From: Octopus vulgaris
Taxonomy: Eukaryota
Length of the DNA: 64,000 bases
Direction of reading: 5' to 3'
NCBI GenBank assembly: GCA_951406725.2
Contig: OX597821.1
Location: 58,838,001 to 58,902,000, forward strand
In this document: piece by piece, positions 37,389 to 50,084 of the stretch
Layout: each line of letters begins with the position of its first letter
Numbering within the stretch: position 1 is the first letter of the stretch
The notes under the pieces: model-generated
Database searches by the model: none
Seen by the model: the letters and a program-made list of their open reading frames with translations, nothing else
What the model was told of the DNA's origin: nothing
Program-made: the position numbers and the translations under genes

Positions 37389-37528
37389 GTTATATTCTGT
37401 TAAGAATCTAGTACAGTACAGTATAAAGCTCGTCCACTTTCAGGTTTCAGCCGGTGCTATCCAGTATTATTATACGTACTGCCAGATCTGTGTTGGGACT
37501 CCTGCAATGTGTGCATGAATAACTGAAT

Positions 37529-37692
37529 GAGTTGGAGTCAACATGAAAGAGTATAGAAGAACATTTATTTGTCATCACTACAATTGTTTCCATGCAATGT
37601 ATCTCTGCAGGTTTGCGAACCTGTTGTGTGGAAACAATTGTGGTGATTACAAATAAATGTTCCTCTGTACTACTTCTTGTTGGCTCCAACTT
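37529..37692. repeat. Fold-back inverted repeat, ~68-bp arms
   Basis: gttggagtcaac...acaattgtttcca versus tggaaacaattgt...gttggctccaac. Confidence 0.75.
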
Positions 37693-37717
37693 TGTCAATT
37701 ACACACACACACGCACA

Positions 37718-39362
37718 CATATTAGGAAGAGAGTTAGCATAGATGAGATACAGTTTGGATTTGTGCCAGGGAGAAGCACAACCAATGCTATCTTCCTGGT
37801 GAGGCAAATGCAGGAGAAATACTTGATCAAAAATAAACCTCTGTATCTGACTTTCATTGACATGGAGAAAACCTTTGACAGGGCTCCCCTGCTCCTTTAT
37901 CTGGTAGGCGATGCGGAAGCTAAGGATAGATGAGTGGTTAGTGAGACCATGTACAGGGATGCTGTTAGTAAGGTGAGAGTCACCAATGAGTATAGCAAGG
38001 AGTTTAGTGAACCTGTAAGAGTCCAGCAGGGATTGGTTCTTAGCCTCCTCTTGTTTATCTTGGTTCTCCAAGCTATAATTGAGGAATTTAAGACTGGCTG
38101 CCCTTGGGAGATTCTCTCTGTTGATAATCTTGTTCTTGTTGCTGAATGAACACCAGAACTAGAGAAGAAATTTCAGACTGGAATCATAGGACCTTAGAGT
38201 TACTTTAGCAAAGACCAAAGTATTGATAAGTAGGAAAACAGACAAATAACAGACCTCTTCAGGGATATGGCCCTGCTCAATATGTAGCAAAGGTGTTGGG
38301 AGAAAATTGCACCAAGTGCAAGTTATGGGCACATAAGAGGTGCAGTGTTATCACTGGAAACAAACAGAGAAAGTAGTCTTTACATGTGGCAAATGTGCAG
38401 GTACACTAAATACCAGGAATGTCCAAAAAAATAGACTCCCTCAAATGTTAGTGGGGGGGATCTTTCGAAGTAGTAGATAGTTTCAGTTACTTAGGTAACC
38501 AAGTTAGTAGTGGGGGAGGTTGTTCTGAAAGCATAGCTATGAGAATAACAATAGGCTAAGCAAAGTTCAGAGAGCTGCTACCCCTGTTAGTAGTGGACGG
38601 CCTCTCTCTCAGAGTGAAAGGCAGATTGTATGATGCCTGTGTATGAACAACTATGCTACATGGCAGTGAGACATGGGTGGTGACTTTTAAGGATATGTGA
38701 AGGCCTGAAAGAAATGAAGCCAGTGTGCTCCAATGCATGGGTAATGTCAATGTGCATATATGACAGAGTGTAAAGGAGTTGAGAGAAAAATTGGGTATAC
38801 GAGGCATCAGGAATAGCATGCAAGAGAGAAGACTGCACTGGTATGACCATGAATGAATGAAGACAGCTGTATCAAGAGATGCCAATCTCAAATTGTAGAG
38901 GGAACATGTTAAGGGAGTACACCCAGGAAGATGTGGGACAAAGTGGTGAGAAAGGATCTACGGACGTTGGGACTCACAGAGGGGATGACAAAGGACCAAG
39001 GCTCCTAGAGGTTTGCTATGCTTGAAAAGACAATTCAAGCTAAGTAAAAGCATGGTTACTCTTGCATAAAGGCATTTCCCTGCATCCTTCTCTAGCTGAG
39101 CATTCCTAACCCTGCAGGCTTGTGGGTGCTGGTGCCATGTAAAAAACACCCGCACTGATGCCACATAAATGCACCCATGCTGCAACTGCATAAAAGCACC
39201 CAGTACACTCTGTGAAGTGGTTGGCTTTAGGAAGGACATCCAGCTGTAGAAACCATGCAAAAACAGACATGGACCCCGAACATCTCTGCAGCTGGTCAGC
39301 TTCTGTCAAACTGTCCCACCCATGCCAGCATGGAAAATGGACCTTAAATGATGATGATGAGG
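37718..39362 (+). mobile_element. Older RTE/BovB LINE, 5'-truncated, disrupted
   Basis: QFGFVPGRSTTNAIFLVRQMQEKYL, FIDMEKTFD, QQGLVLSLLLF, SVDNL; collinear with 1279-3414. Confidence 0.9.
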
Positions 39363-39434
39363 AGGAGGAGGAAGATGAAGATAATGATCAGCACTAACAT
39401 ACATACATATGTTTGTATGTATGTGTATATATAT

Positions 39435-39765
39435 GTGTGGTAAGTAGCTTGCTTACGAACCACATGGTTCTGGGTTCAGTCTCACTGTGTGGCACCTTGG
39501 GCAAGTGTCTTCTACTATAGCCTCAGGCCAACCAAAGCCTTATGAGTGGATATGGTAGACGGAAACTGAAAGAAACCCGTCGTATATATGTATGTATGTA
39601 TATATATATATGTGTGTGTGTGTGTATATGTTTGTGTGTCTGTGTTTGTACCCCCAACATCACTTGGCAACCGATGCTGGTGTGTTTACATCTCCATATC
39701 TTAGGAGTTCGGCAAAAGAGACCGATAGAATGGCCACAGTCAAATGACTGAAACAAGTAAAAGTA
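39435..39765 (+). mobile_element. SINE family B with internal deletion
   Basis: Head and tail match the family. Confidence 0.8.
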
Positions 39766-39812
39766 TATATATATATATATATATATATAATGTATCTTGA
39801 ACAGCAGAGCAT

Positions 39813-39873
<61 letters not shown>

Positions 39874-40472
39874 TATGTGCATGCTCTGCTGTTCAAAATA
39901 CTGCCAAAATTATTTTAAGATCAACTCTGACCTATACTACTGTATGTACATTTGGAGCATAAAGGCAAATATCTGTAAATCATGTCACTATAGGAAAATA
40001 GACAGCAGCAAAGATGGAGGGTGGTGGGCAAGCTTGTGAAGGTGGCAGTAGTAGTGATGGTAGTGGTGGTGGCATTGGTAATGGTGGTGGTGTTGATTTC
40101 TGTGAAGGTCGGAGTGGTAGTGATGTTAGGGGACTGCGTCTGTGAATGGCTTTGGTTAAAGCAACAAATGGCTTGTAGTGACAGCTGTGGCAACAGTCAT
40201 AATAATGATTGAGATGATGATGGTAGTGTAAGCAGAGGTGGAGAAGAACATGGTTGGGGAATATAGTGGCTGCAAGAAGTAATGGAAAACAATAGATTTG
40301 CTTAGAGAAACAATTTCGATTTAAGCTGTAACAACTGTGGAGCTCTTTTCAAAAATGACAACCAAGCTGATGCAATAAATAATCCAGCATTGAACTGATT
40401 ATAATCAAATAGTTGCCAAAATCTATATTTTCCATTTCTTGCTTGAATTACTTTGCTATCTCTGTGATTTAA

Positions 40473-41213
40473 CCCTTTTGTTACCAACCTGGCTGAAACC
40501 AGCTCTGGCTCTGAGTACAAATGTCTTGTTTCCATAAGTTTTGAATTAAAATCTTCCACCAAACCTTAGTCACAATTTATGTTCCAAACACTAGCTTAAT
40601 GATAACCAAGTTATTTTACTAAATTCTTTGTTATATTTAAATTTCATTGAAAGAAACACAGAGCATCTCAATATAACGTTCCCCCCACCCCTATATATGG
40701 CTGAAGCGGGAAGACCAAAAATGGCTTGAAAGTCATAACATGCTGGCAGGAAATAAAATCACTAGGTGAGACAAGCTGGCACTGAATCAGCTTCGCTGAC
40801 TGACAGGTGATGGTTGGTTAGAGAATGCGCGGGCTAAGACTACGCGCCTTCAGTAGTCAGTTAAGGTGAGACAGTGTCACGTGACAACCTGCTGGGACTG
40901 CCTGCTGGAGCCTAGCGGCAGGTATTTAAAGGGAAAAATTTGACAAGTCAGTCAGTCACCAGCTGACACTCGCTGATGATACATCGAAGAGGCCAGGGAA
41001 AAGAAGAAAGAAGAAAGAAGACATGCACCCAACACCAGAGCTTAAGACACCTCCGAAAGGGAATGGCCCCGCCACGTCAAAACGGTAGAGGAGTTGGGGC
41101 CAAAACCAGACGCGGTTCGTCCTGATGATGTCTTGAGCTAAGTGGATCCTATAAAGGAGCTGTTGTAGTAGCAGACCACGAAACACGGTTGTAATTCCTC
41201 AGTAATGAAAAGG
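40473..41213. mobile_element. piggyBac-like MITE carrying a ~530-bp CpG-rich segment
   Basis: TTAA-cccttttgttac ... gtaatgaaaagg-TTAT. Confidence 0.5.
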
Positions 41214-41993
41214 TTATATGACAAAATAGGAATTATTTTTCATGTATTGGTGCAGGTGTGGCCGTGTGGTTAAGAAGTGGCTTCCTAACATCGTAGTTTC
41301 AGGTTCAGTCCCATTGTACAGCATCTTGGGCAAGTATTTTCTACTATTGCCCCAGATTAACAAAAGCCTTGTGAGTAGATGTGGTAGAAGGAAACTGTAA
41401 GCAGCCTATTGTATATGCATGTATGTGTGTAAGTGTAGATGTGTGTATCTTAGTATCTCGCTTGACATCACATGAGAGTTGTAAATGAGTGCCACTGTCA
41501 TATAAGCAGTGTTATTCATTTCCAGTATTCTGTGAAAACATATCTGGCCATGGGGAAAGTATTACCATGCTTGGACACAGGGGAGGGTTGATGACAGAAT
41601 GAGCATCAGACTGCAGAAAATCTGCCTCAATAAATTCTGACTGACCCATGCAAGCATGAGGAAATGGACATTAAAATGATGAGTATGATGATGACTAGAA
41701 AGAGCCCTACCTTAAAACACCAGTGCGATTAACATTTGTAATGTGTATACAAACACGAAGCTGCACTAACTGAACTATTTTGTATTAAAGAAACATTTCA
41801 AAGGGACTTGCATGTCAAAAAGAAAACCCCCTTTTTTTTAATCAACAAATTTGTTTTAGAAGTTTCTGTAAGATGAAATATTACAGTGAGTGTCACTCCA
41901 TGGTAGTAAACATGTTATACACATCAGCATTTTAATCAAAAGTTGTTTCATGTGTGTTTCTTAATTTAATTCTAGCCGGGCTAGCTTCTACTC

Positions 41994-43383
41994 CAGTGGT
42001 TCTCAACCTGGGGGTCTGTATAAGAATTTTGAGGGTTCACACAGACAAAATAGTAAATTGGGTCCACAGTAGTATTTTAAGGGTCTATTAAAACATTTTT
42101 GGTGACAAAAGGCCTCTCGTAAAAGGTAGACTGTATGACACATGTGTACGAACAGCCATGTTACATGGCAGAGAAACATGGACCGTGACTGCTGAGGACA
42201 TGCGTAGCTCGCAAGAAATGAAGCAAGTATGGATGTATAATGTATGAAGCAAGTATGGATGTGTAATGTCAGTGTGCATACTCGACAGAGTGTTAGTACA
42301 TTGAGAGAAAAGTTGGACCTAAGAAGCATCAGATGTGGTGTGCAAGAGAGACAACTGCGCTGGTATGGTCATGTGGCGAGAATGGATGTGGATAGCTGTG
42401 TGAAAAAGTGTCACACCCTAGCGGTTGAGGGAATCTGTGGAAGAGGTAGACCCAGGAAGACCTGAGATGAAGTGGTGAAGGACTACCTTCGAACATTAGG
42501 CCTCTCCAAGGAAATGACTAGCGACCAAGACTTTTGGAAATATGCTGTGCTTGAGCAGACCCGGCAAGCCAAATGAGATCATAACCTGTGGCCTATGCCA
42601 GGAGCATAACCAGCCCGCTTATGCGTACCTTTTCCTTCTTTGGTCACTAAACTCTGCTTGCGAAGACCTGTTGAAGCAAGTGAAATCGAAATCGAAATCA
42701 AATTCGATGACTGGCATCCATGCTAGTGGAGCACTAAGAGTATTATATGAGCATGATCCTTGCCAGAGCAACAAGCTGGCCTCCGTGCCAGTGGTACGTA
42801 AAAAACACCATTCGAGTGTGATCGTTACCTGTGTTGCCTTACCAGCACTTGTGCTGGTGGCATGTAAAAAAACATTCGAGCAAGGTTGTTGCCAGTGCTG
42901 CTGGACTGGCTCCTGTGCAGGTGGCACATAAAAAGCACCATTTGAGTGTGGCCATTGCCAGTACCGCCTGACTGGCCCTCATGCTGGTGGCATGTAAAAG
43001 CACCCACTACACTTTTGGAGTGGTTGGCGTTAGGAAGGGCATCCAGCTGTAGAAACTCTGCCAGATCACATTGGAGTCTGGTGCAGCCATCTGGTTTGCC
43101 AGACCTCAGTCAAATTGTCCAACCCATGCTAGCATGGAAAGTGGATGTTAAATGACGACGACGATGATGATGATGATTCATGTATTGCCAAAATCAGCTA
43201 GGTTTCTTTCTCTGATGTTTTACATAGCTCAACCCATTCATGTGAATGCATGATAAACAAAATAAGAATTTTGAAGGAATCATCTATCAAACTAGTTTTT
43301 AAACAGCTAATGGCTAAGGGGGTCCACCAGAACAAAATAGTAATCAAAAGGGTCTATAGATAAAAAATGGTTGAGAACCACTG
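41994..43383. mobile_element. hAT MITE interrupted by an RTE 3' fragment
   Basis: Perfect 15-bp TIRs cagtggttctcaacc / ggttgagaaccactg; TSD ttctactc/ttctacac. Confidence 0.85.
42098..43176 (+). mobile_element. RTE/BovB 3' fragment
   Basis: LRWYGHVARM, GRGRPRKT; 3' UTR and (GAT)n tail as in 2450-3414. Confidence 0.9.
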
Positions 43384-43430
43384 TTCTACACAAATCAATA
43401 AATCAGAGTTGTTCAAAAACTGAGGTACTA

Positions 43431-43476
<46 letters not shown>

Positions 43477-44036
43477 TTATATATATAAAACTGAGAATGT
43501 GTGACTGTCTGTCTGTCTGTGTGTTTCCCTAAAACTTGAGAACTACACAACCAATTTCATTCAAATTTTACACATGCCTTACTTAGGGTCCATGTAGTTT
43601 CATGGGCAAAAAAAATGTTCAACTTCTTGCCTAGAGCGAGCCCATAGCAATATCATATCTTCTCCACTATTTCAGTATTACGTGTTAAAAGTGAAACAAA
43701 AACGTTTCTCTATTTTATGTCAGATACTTTCACTTTAACAATAAAGATAATAATAACAATTGAATTATATGTAGTAAGTAATAATTAAAATCAAACTAAA
43801 GTATAATATAATTGTAACATAACAAAAGTAAAAATAGCAATTGGTATAAAATTGCATCAATGATTTGAACTTGAATAAGTGGTTTCACATGAATGGGAAT
43901 AAATTAAAAATAAAATTAGCGTGCAGAAATGGAATAGTCCAGATGGATAATAAAAAATTAAATTAAAGAAAAGACTATTGTCTATAAAGTATACAATGTA
44001 GAGAAAAAAGAAGATTTGAACACACGGCGGAAATCA

Positions 44037-45789
44037 ATTTGCGTGTTGTTATCTGTGATTAGACGTTGAAATTTTGTTGTGTAAAGTGATTAATATCGCG
44101 CGAGGCGTTTGCCTCCACGTTTGGAAACCTTCCGAAGAAGGTGAATTGACCCTCTAGTCATGGCGACTTACGCGGGGGTCACGGGAAAGGAAAATAATGA
44201 TTCGGCAATAATCGTGAAGGATGTTTTCTTTGAGAAGAGTAAACTCAAAGAATATGAAAAACTATTCAAAAGGGAGGGTGATAGCGTGAAGCTAATCCCC
44301 CCGCGAAAGCAAAAGAGGACAAAGAAAACAAGACTGTAACATATAGAACCCAAGAAAAAAATACAAAGAAACTGGCAAGAGTGGAGATAGCAGAAATCGA
44401 AAAATGTCTGGGAGACATAATGGGGAAATCGACCTACGTGAGTAGAGGCAAGAAATTTGGTACGGTGGAGGTGAGATATGCAACGGAAGAAATTGCAGCC
44501 TCACTGGCTACCACTGTACTAAGAGCGGAAACATTTATAATGTGGCCCTCATACAAGGGAAGAAGAGGGGTCCGGGTTAAAATCCCGAATATACCCCCAG
44601 AAGTAAAAACAGAATGGCTGGCAACAGCTATTCTAGGAGCAGCAGAAGAGGAAGTGGAGGTGGAATCCTTTAAGGAGTCCAACGTGATAAACTGGAGAGG
44701 ATATGGGGTGGAACTGTGTTTGATGGCCACAAAAGAGGACATTGAAAGGTTCCCCTACAGAATAGAAATTGAAGATGAGAAAACCCTCAGTGTAATTGTA
44801 GAGGGAAGAAAGCCAAATTGCTACTTGTGCGGGACAAGGGGGCACATTAAAAAAGAGTGCCCGTTATACGAATTCGTAGCGGAGTGCGAGCAGGAGCTCG
44901 AAAGAAGAATACGGTAAATGAAAAAGAAAACATAGAAAAGGAAACAAAACAACAAGAGAAAGGAAATAATAAGTCAATGAAGGAAAAAGAAATAAAAGAA
45001 AAGAAAGAAATAGAACCAAAACAGAGTCAGGAAAAGAAAAAGGAAAAAGAAACAACAGGAAAAAAACAAGAGAGAGATCAGAACCAAACGAAAGAAAAGA
45101 CGGCACACAAAAGAAAAAGAAAAGGAACATAAAACACGAGAGAAAGATAGAACAGACAAAGAACCAAAAGACAAGAGAAGGAAGGAAAGAAAGAAGGCAA
45201 AAGAGAGAAAGAGAGAAACAAGAGAGGAGAACAAGGAAGAAATAAGCCCGAAAAGAAAAACGAGGGAAAACGTAGGACGGAAACAAGATCACGGCTTCTA
45301 CAAGTTAGTAACCTTCCATTTCTGCCCTGAAATGAAAGAATTGACAAGTAGTACGGAGGGACATATATGGGTCGACAGGATGACCGATCAGTGGCAGGAG
45401 ACTGCTCTAATCCCCGAAGAAAGAGTCGCTGAGTTCCTCAGAGCTGCCGGTGAGAGTGTAACATTTTACACGAGTGTTCGAGTGAGAGAGCGGCTGCCTG
45501 AGGGCTCAGTGATAGACTTTAGAGAATTGAAAACTATCATGGAATATGTTTAGAACTGTGAGAAGAGAGAGAAGAAAGAAGAGAAAAAAGAAAATATTGT
45601 GAACTATGTGACGAAAATGTAACCTCTCGATTCCGGGGATCGAGTGGGCATTTGCATCTCATTGTAAATATTCTTTCATATGTCATTTTTACTTTTATTT
45701 TTTCCTTTTCTTGTCATTTGCTTTCTTATTTTAAGTTCCCCGATTGTACTGTCCCCTCTATGTTCGCCCCTCGTGGGTAATAATAAAAT
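44037..45789 (+). mobile_element. ORF1-only L1/Tx1-type retroposon (HAL1-like)
   Basis: CpG-rich leader, ORF1-like frame, T-rich 3' UTR, AATAAA tail, candidate 16-bp TSD (13/16). Confidence 0.65.
44160..45553 (+). pseudogene. Gag-like ORF1 with CCHC zinc knuckle and K/E-rich region, about 3 frameshifts
   Basis: MATYAGVTG start; VEGRKPNCYLCGTRGHIKKECP (CX2CX4HX4C); ends ...TIMEYV*. Confidence 0.75.
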
Positions 45790-46442
45790 CACATGGAGGA
45801 AAGCACCTTCGAAAAGTGTCTTGATGCGACTATGAAAGGTATCTAATCAGAGGCGGTAAATTCGCCACAATAGAAGCAAGGTTCGAGTCAACGGAGCGTG
45901 CAAGGGAGTACTCAACTTGAACTTGCAAAGTGGAAATATTTTATTTTTACCTTTATATCTGGGACGTAGGACGTGTCGGAAAAAAATTTTTAATGCCCCC
46001 CCCCCCCCGAAGTAGAGGTAGGCTGGATTGTAGCCACATTTCTATACAAGAGGGAGGACAAGATACAACTGATCGAAATTACAAGAGACGGGCTAACAAT
46101 TCCAGTCTGTTATATATTTTGAGTATTGTTATCACTAGCGATATCAAGATATAACTTTGTATTTTGTATTTTATGTGTAGATGTATATATATAGATGTAC
46201 ATGTAATATGTACACATATATATATACATACACATATATACATGCACTAGCACTATGACCCGGCAACGATGGGTCATGTTTACTAATTTATATTATTTAT
46301 TTATATCATTATGTATATGTATATTTTTATATGTATAAGAGTGTGAGTATATGCACTCATATGTATATATATATATATGTTGTATTATGGGTATGCACCC
46401 ACACCCATGTGGGTATATATGTAGACTGATTTATATTACATA

Positions 46443-46569
46443 ATCTCCGAAGAGGCCTTATGATATGTTTGTAAATGTCTCATTTATATCTATATATTGA
46501 CCTACCATAAAAGGCTAATATTGGTAAAATGAGACATACTTATCTACATGGCCGAAACAGCTGTAAGAT
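46443..46569 (+). ncRNA. Minimal hammerhead-like motif, CCGAAGA core, long stem II
   Basis: atct-CCGAAGA-ggcc...ggcc-GAAA-cagctg-TA-agat. Confidence 0.65.
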
Positions 46570-48872
46570 GTAATCTATACTTATATTTATATTTACTTAT
46601 ATTTATATTCTCTTTTATGTATATTCTACTTATTATACAACATTACTCTTTTATGTACACTTTTTTTATGTACATTCCTTTATGTACACTGATTTGTTCT
46701 GCTTTTTATATTTAACCCTACAGTCTCTTATGTGGTGGTTTAATAAAGTATGTGATTGAGTATTATCTGGTAATTGATATTTGATTTAGATGTATTTCTC
46801 CATTTTCTTATCTTGTATTAGTAATTTGTGGTGAATCATTTTACCTTTGCCCATATAATACAGTAAATGAATTGAATGCATCGCAATCATTAACATTTAT
46901 GTATTAACTTTGTTGGGTACTTCACTAGCAGTATATTGGATATATGTTATCCCATGGAGGGTTGCATTTACAACCCCTATCTCAATTTGTATATATATAT
47001 ATATATATATATATGTATTGTATTGTTTATTGTATACCTTTTATCTTTCACTTGTTTCAGTCATTCAAGTTGGTAATGCTGGGGCACCACATTAAAAGAT
47101 TTAGTTGAATAAATTGACCCAAGTGCTATGCAGTGGAACTGAACCCCAAGCCACATGATTGCAAAGCAAACTTCTTACCTACACAGCCATGCCTGTGCCT
47201 GTATAATTAACTTATTATTTCCTCATAAATTACTGACACATTACTCGTGGGTGGAATTAGCTTCATTTTTTTCTTTTTTTAGACTATATCTATTTCTTTA
47301 ACATCAAGATAAGATGGCTTCAAAATATTAGAGAAGTTTATCCACTTATTTCCATTTAACAAATCCCGATCACTTCATTGAGCTATTTCTGAGAGCCAGT
47401 AATCGTTTTACAAGCTATATGAATAGCTAAATTCAGTTTTTTAATTGCAATTGACCTTGGTTTCCTAAGCCCAAAGTAAACTAATTTTAAACCCAGAACC
47501 ATTTAATTATTTTTAATGTTGAAATTACATAATTTCTCAGACACAGACATGAACATACAAATACACGCTCTCTTCCTCTCTCCCTCTTTCCCTCTCTCTC
47601 TCTCCTTCTCCCCCTCTCTCTCTCTCACACTCACACACACACACACACTGTAGCATATGTTCATACAGATTCATAGATTTATTCATAGATGGCTATTTAA
47701 GTTCTGACCAGAGAAAAACTAGTAACACATGCAACTAATTTGAAACTTGATTCTTCAAACATTTTCCTTTCAGTACATTATTAGATACTGTGGAATCTCA
47801 TGACTTCCTTTTTTCTTAAAACTCAATAGACTGATTGGTAAATATATGTGTCTCAGAAGAAAAGTGTTCTGCTTATTTATGAAATATTTCCTTTCTGCCA
47901 AAACTCCATCTACTTTTCAATTTGATTCATACTTCTGAAAAAGAAAAAAGTTTTTATTTTGCTACTTCCAAATAAACTGAAAGTTTACAGTTTCATCTTG
48001 ATTGGGACATACCCAAAGAAAAACACAAGTTGTTATCTGCAAGGAACATAAGGCTACCAACTAAATGAAGCCTTGAACTAGTAATAAGATCCATCGACAT
48101 GTAGATGGCTCAATTAACAACCACTGGGTTGAACTCTGTTCCTTTCTGTATCACGCAGATCCACTCTAAGTAAACTACCAAGCAGGAAATATATACCTAA
48201 GAAAAGAACAGTAAACTTACTGCCCTGTTCACCAGCTACATTGCAACACACACACACATACACACACACATGGTGGGAGCGTGTGTGTATATATTTGCGT
48301 ATTTATATATATATACATATAGACTAATATAAATTTGGTGTAGGAGATAAATACCATTAATTTATTCTAATTCCTGTCTCTGCTTGGTGTTTGGATAATG
48401 TATAAATTTTGCCAAAATCATTTTTTAAGACAACCTAGAAAAAATTAAAATTTCTGTTTATTTTTCTCCCTCATCACCTCTTAATAACCATTACTCCCAG
48501 GTCCATCCAGACCCTGAATGGTAGTAACTGCCAGGGTCCGATCTATGGGTTAAATAAATGGCCAAGTGGTAGAGGAGGGGCCCTTTATTTTTGACAAAGC
48601 TGTGGGGAAAGCAGATCTTGTGGGGGAAAAAAAAATACTCAGACATGAAACTTGCAGTCTAAATAGTACTAGTCATTTTGCAATGCTTGTCACTGGAACC
48701 AATTATGGTAACTGAGAGAGTAGCAAAGGTGTTGTACAAGATTTTGTCACTTAAATCCAATAATGTACAGATATCTCACTGTCATTTAAGAATTAGGTCA
48801 AATGTGAGATGGCTATCATCTGACAAGATGAGGCAATCATCATCATCATCACACACACACACACACACACAT

Positions 48873-48934
<62 letters not shown>

Positions 48935-48936
<2 letters not shown>

Positions 48937-49350
48937 TCTTTACTCTTTTACTCTTTTACTTGTTTCAGTCATTTGACTGTGGCCATGCTGGAGCACCACC
49001 TTTTGTCGAGCAAATCGACCCCAGACTTATTCTTTGGAAGCCTAGTACTTATTCTATTGGCCTCTTTTGCCGAACCACTAAGTTACGGGGACATAAACAC
49101 ACCACCATCGGTTGTCAAGCGATGTGGGGGTGGGGGACAAACACAGACACACAAACACACACATATATATACATATACATATATTCGACGGGCTTCTTTC
49201 AGTTTCCGTCTACCAAATCCACTCACAAGGTTTTGGTCGGCCCAAGGCTATAGTAGAAGACACTTGCCCAAGGTGCCACGCAGTGGGACTGAACCTGGAA
49301 CCATGTGGTTCGTAAGCAATCTACTTACCACACAGCCACTCCTATGCCTA
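48935..49350 (-). mobile_element. SINE family B, full length
   Basis: Head-to-tail match, (TAAAAGAG)x3 tail. Confidence 0.88.
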
Positions 49351-49372
49351 TTATATATATATAAACGCCTAT

Positions 49373-49405
<33 letters not shown>

Positions 49406-49454
49406 TAATCAAATAAGTAACAGGATTTGATATATATATATATATATATATATA

Positions 49455-49672
49455 TGAGGTCTAATCAATAAGTATCCGGACTGTTGCCATAGTAACGAAG
49501 CTAAAGTACGCAGAGTGAAGCCATTTGGTAAAGATTGACCTTGAACGTTGAATGCTCAAAATGTGCACATGCACAGTAGAGTTTAAGATCAATCTTTGCC
49601 AAGCAGCTTCACTCTGCGTACTTTAGTTTTGTTACTATGGCAACAGTCCAGATACTTATTGATCAGACCTCA
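49455..49672. mobile_element. Mariner-type MITE with ~90-bp TIRs
   Basis: tgaggtctaatcaataagtatccggactgttgccatagtaac / gttactatggcaacagtccagatacttattgatcagacctca, in (TA)n. Confidence 0.85.
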
Positions 49673-49682
49673 TGTGTGTGTT

Positions 49683-49729
<47 letters not shown>

Positions 49730-49734
<5 letters not shown>

Positions 49735-50051
49735 TATAAGGGTACAGGACGTCACCCACTGTGCAAACATGAAATATGTAAACAAACAAGTTCAATACGT
49801 AAACGAGAGAAAAAATGGAAATCAAGACAAGTGAACACAGAGAAAGGACTCTTTATCAGTTTTCAGCTGTCTGTATATTCCTCATTTCGAGCATTCAACG
49901 ACAATATGAGTCTTCAAATACAGTTGCTCCCATAAATTCTAAAATAAAATTTAGGATTTATGGAGGGTCAAAGTTGGGAACAAAAGCAGGACAGTGGAGA
50001 CAAACAAGGAACCGGACGAAAACAAATATGTTTATTTTTGTTTGGTTTCCT

Positions 50052-50052
<1 letters not shown>
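49730..50052 (-). mobile_element. Penelope-like 3' fragment related to 1-400
   Basis: Same order of motifs (gtacaggac..., tcag...catttcga...tcttc); flanked by (TA)n on both sides. Confidence 0.45.

Positions 50053-50084
<32 letters not shown>

Larger units (their letters stand above)
43473..46286 (+). mobile_element. Non-autonomous Helitron containing a retroposon insertion
   Basis: 5' a|TCtttatatatataaaa...(TGTC)n head; 3' hairpin tgacccggcaacgatgggtca followed by CTAA|t (CTRR). Confidence 0.6.

Noticed and set aside
41117-41198. CTGATGA...GAAA...GTA in the CpG-rich insert as a hammerhead
   Set aside because: Stem I does not pair and stem II is out of register.
48010-48236. Possible minus-strand exons (acceptor-like site near 48197, donor-like sites near 48220 and 48012)
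   Set aside because: All three frames hit stops and no recognisable protein; unsupported without RNA-seq.
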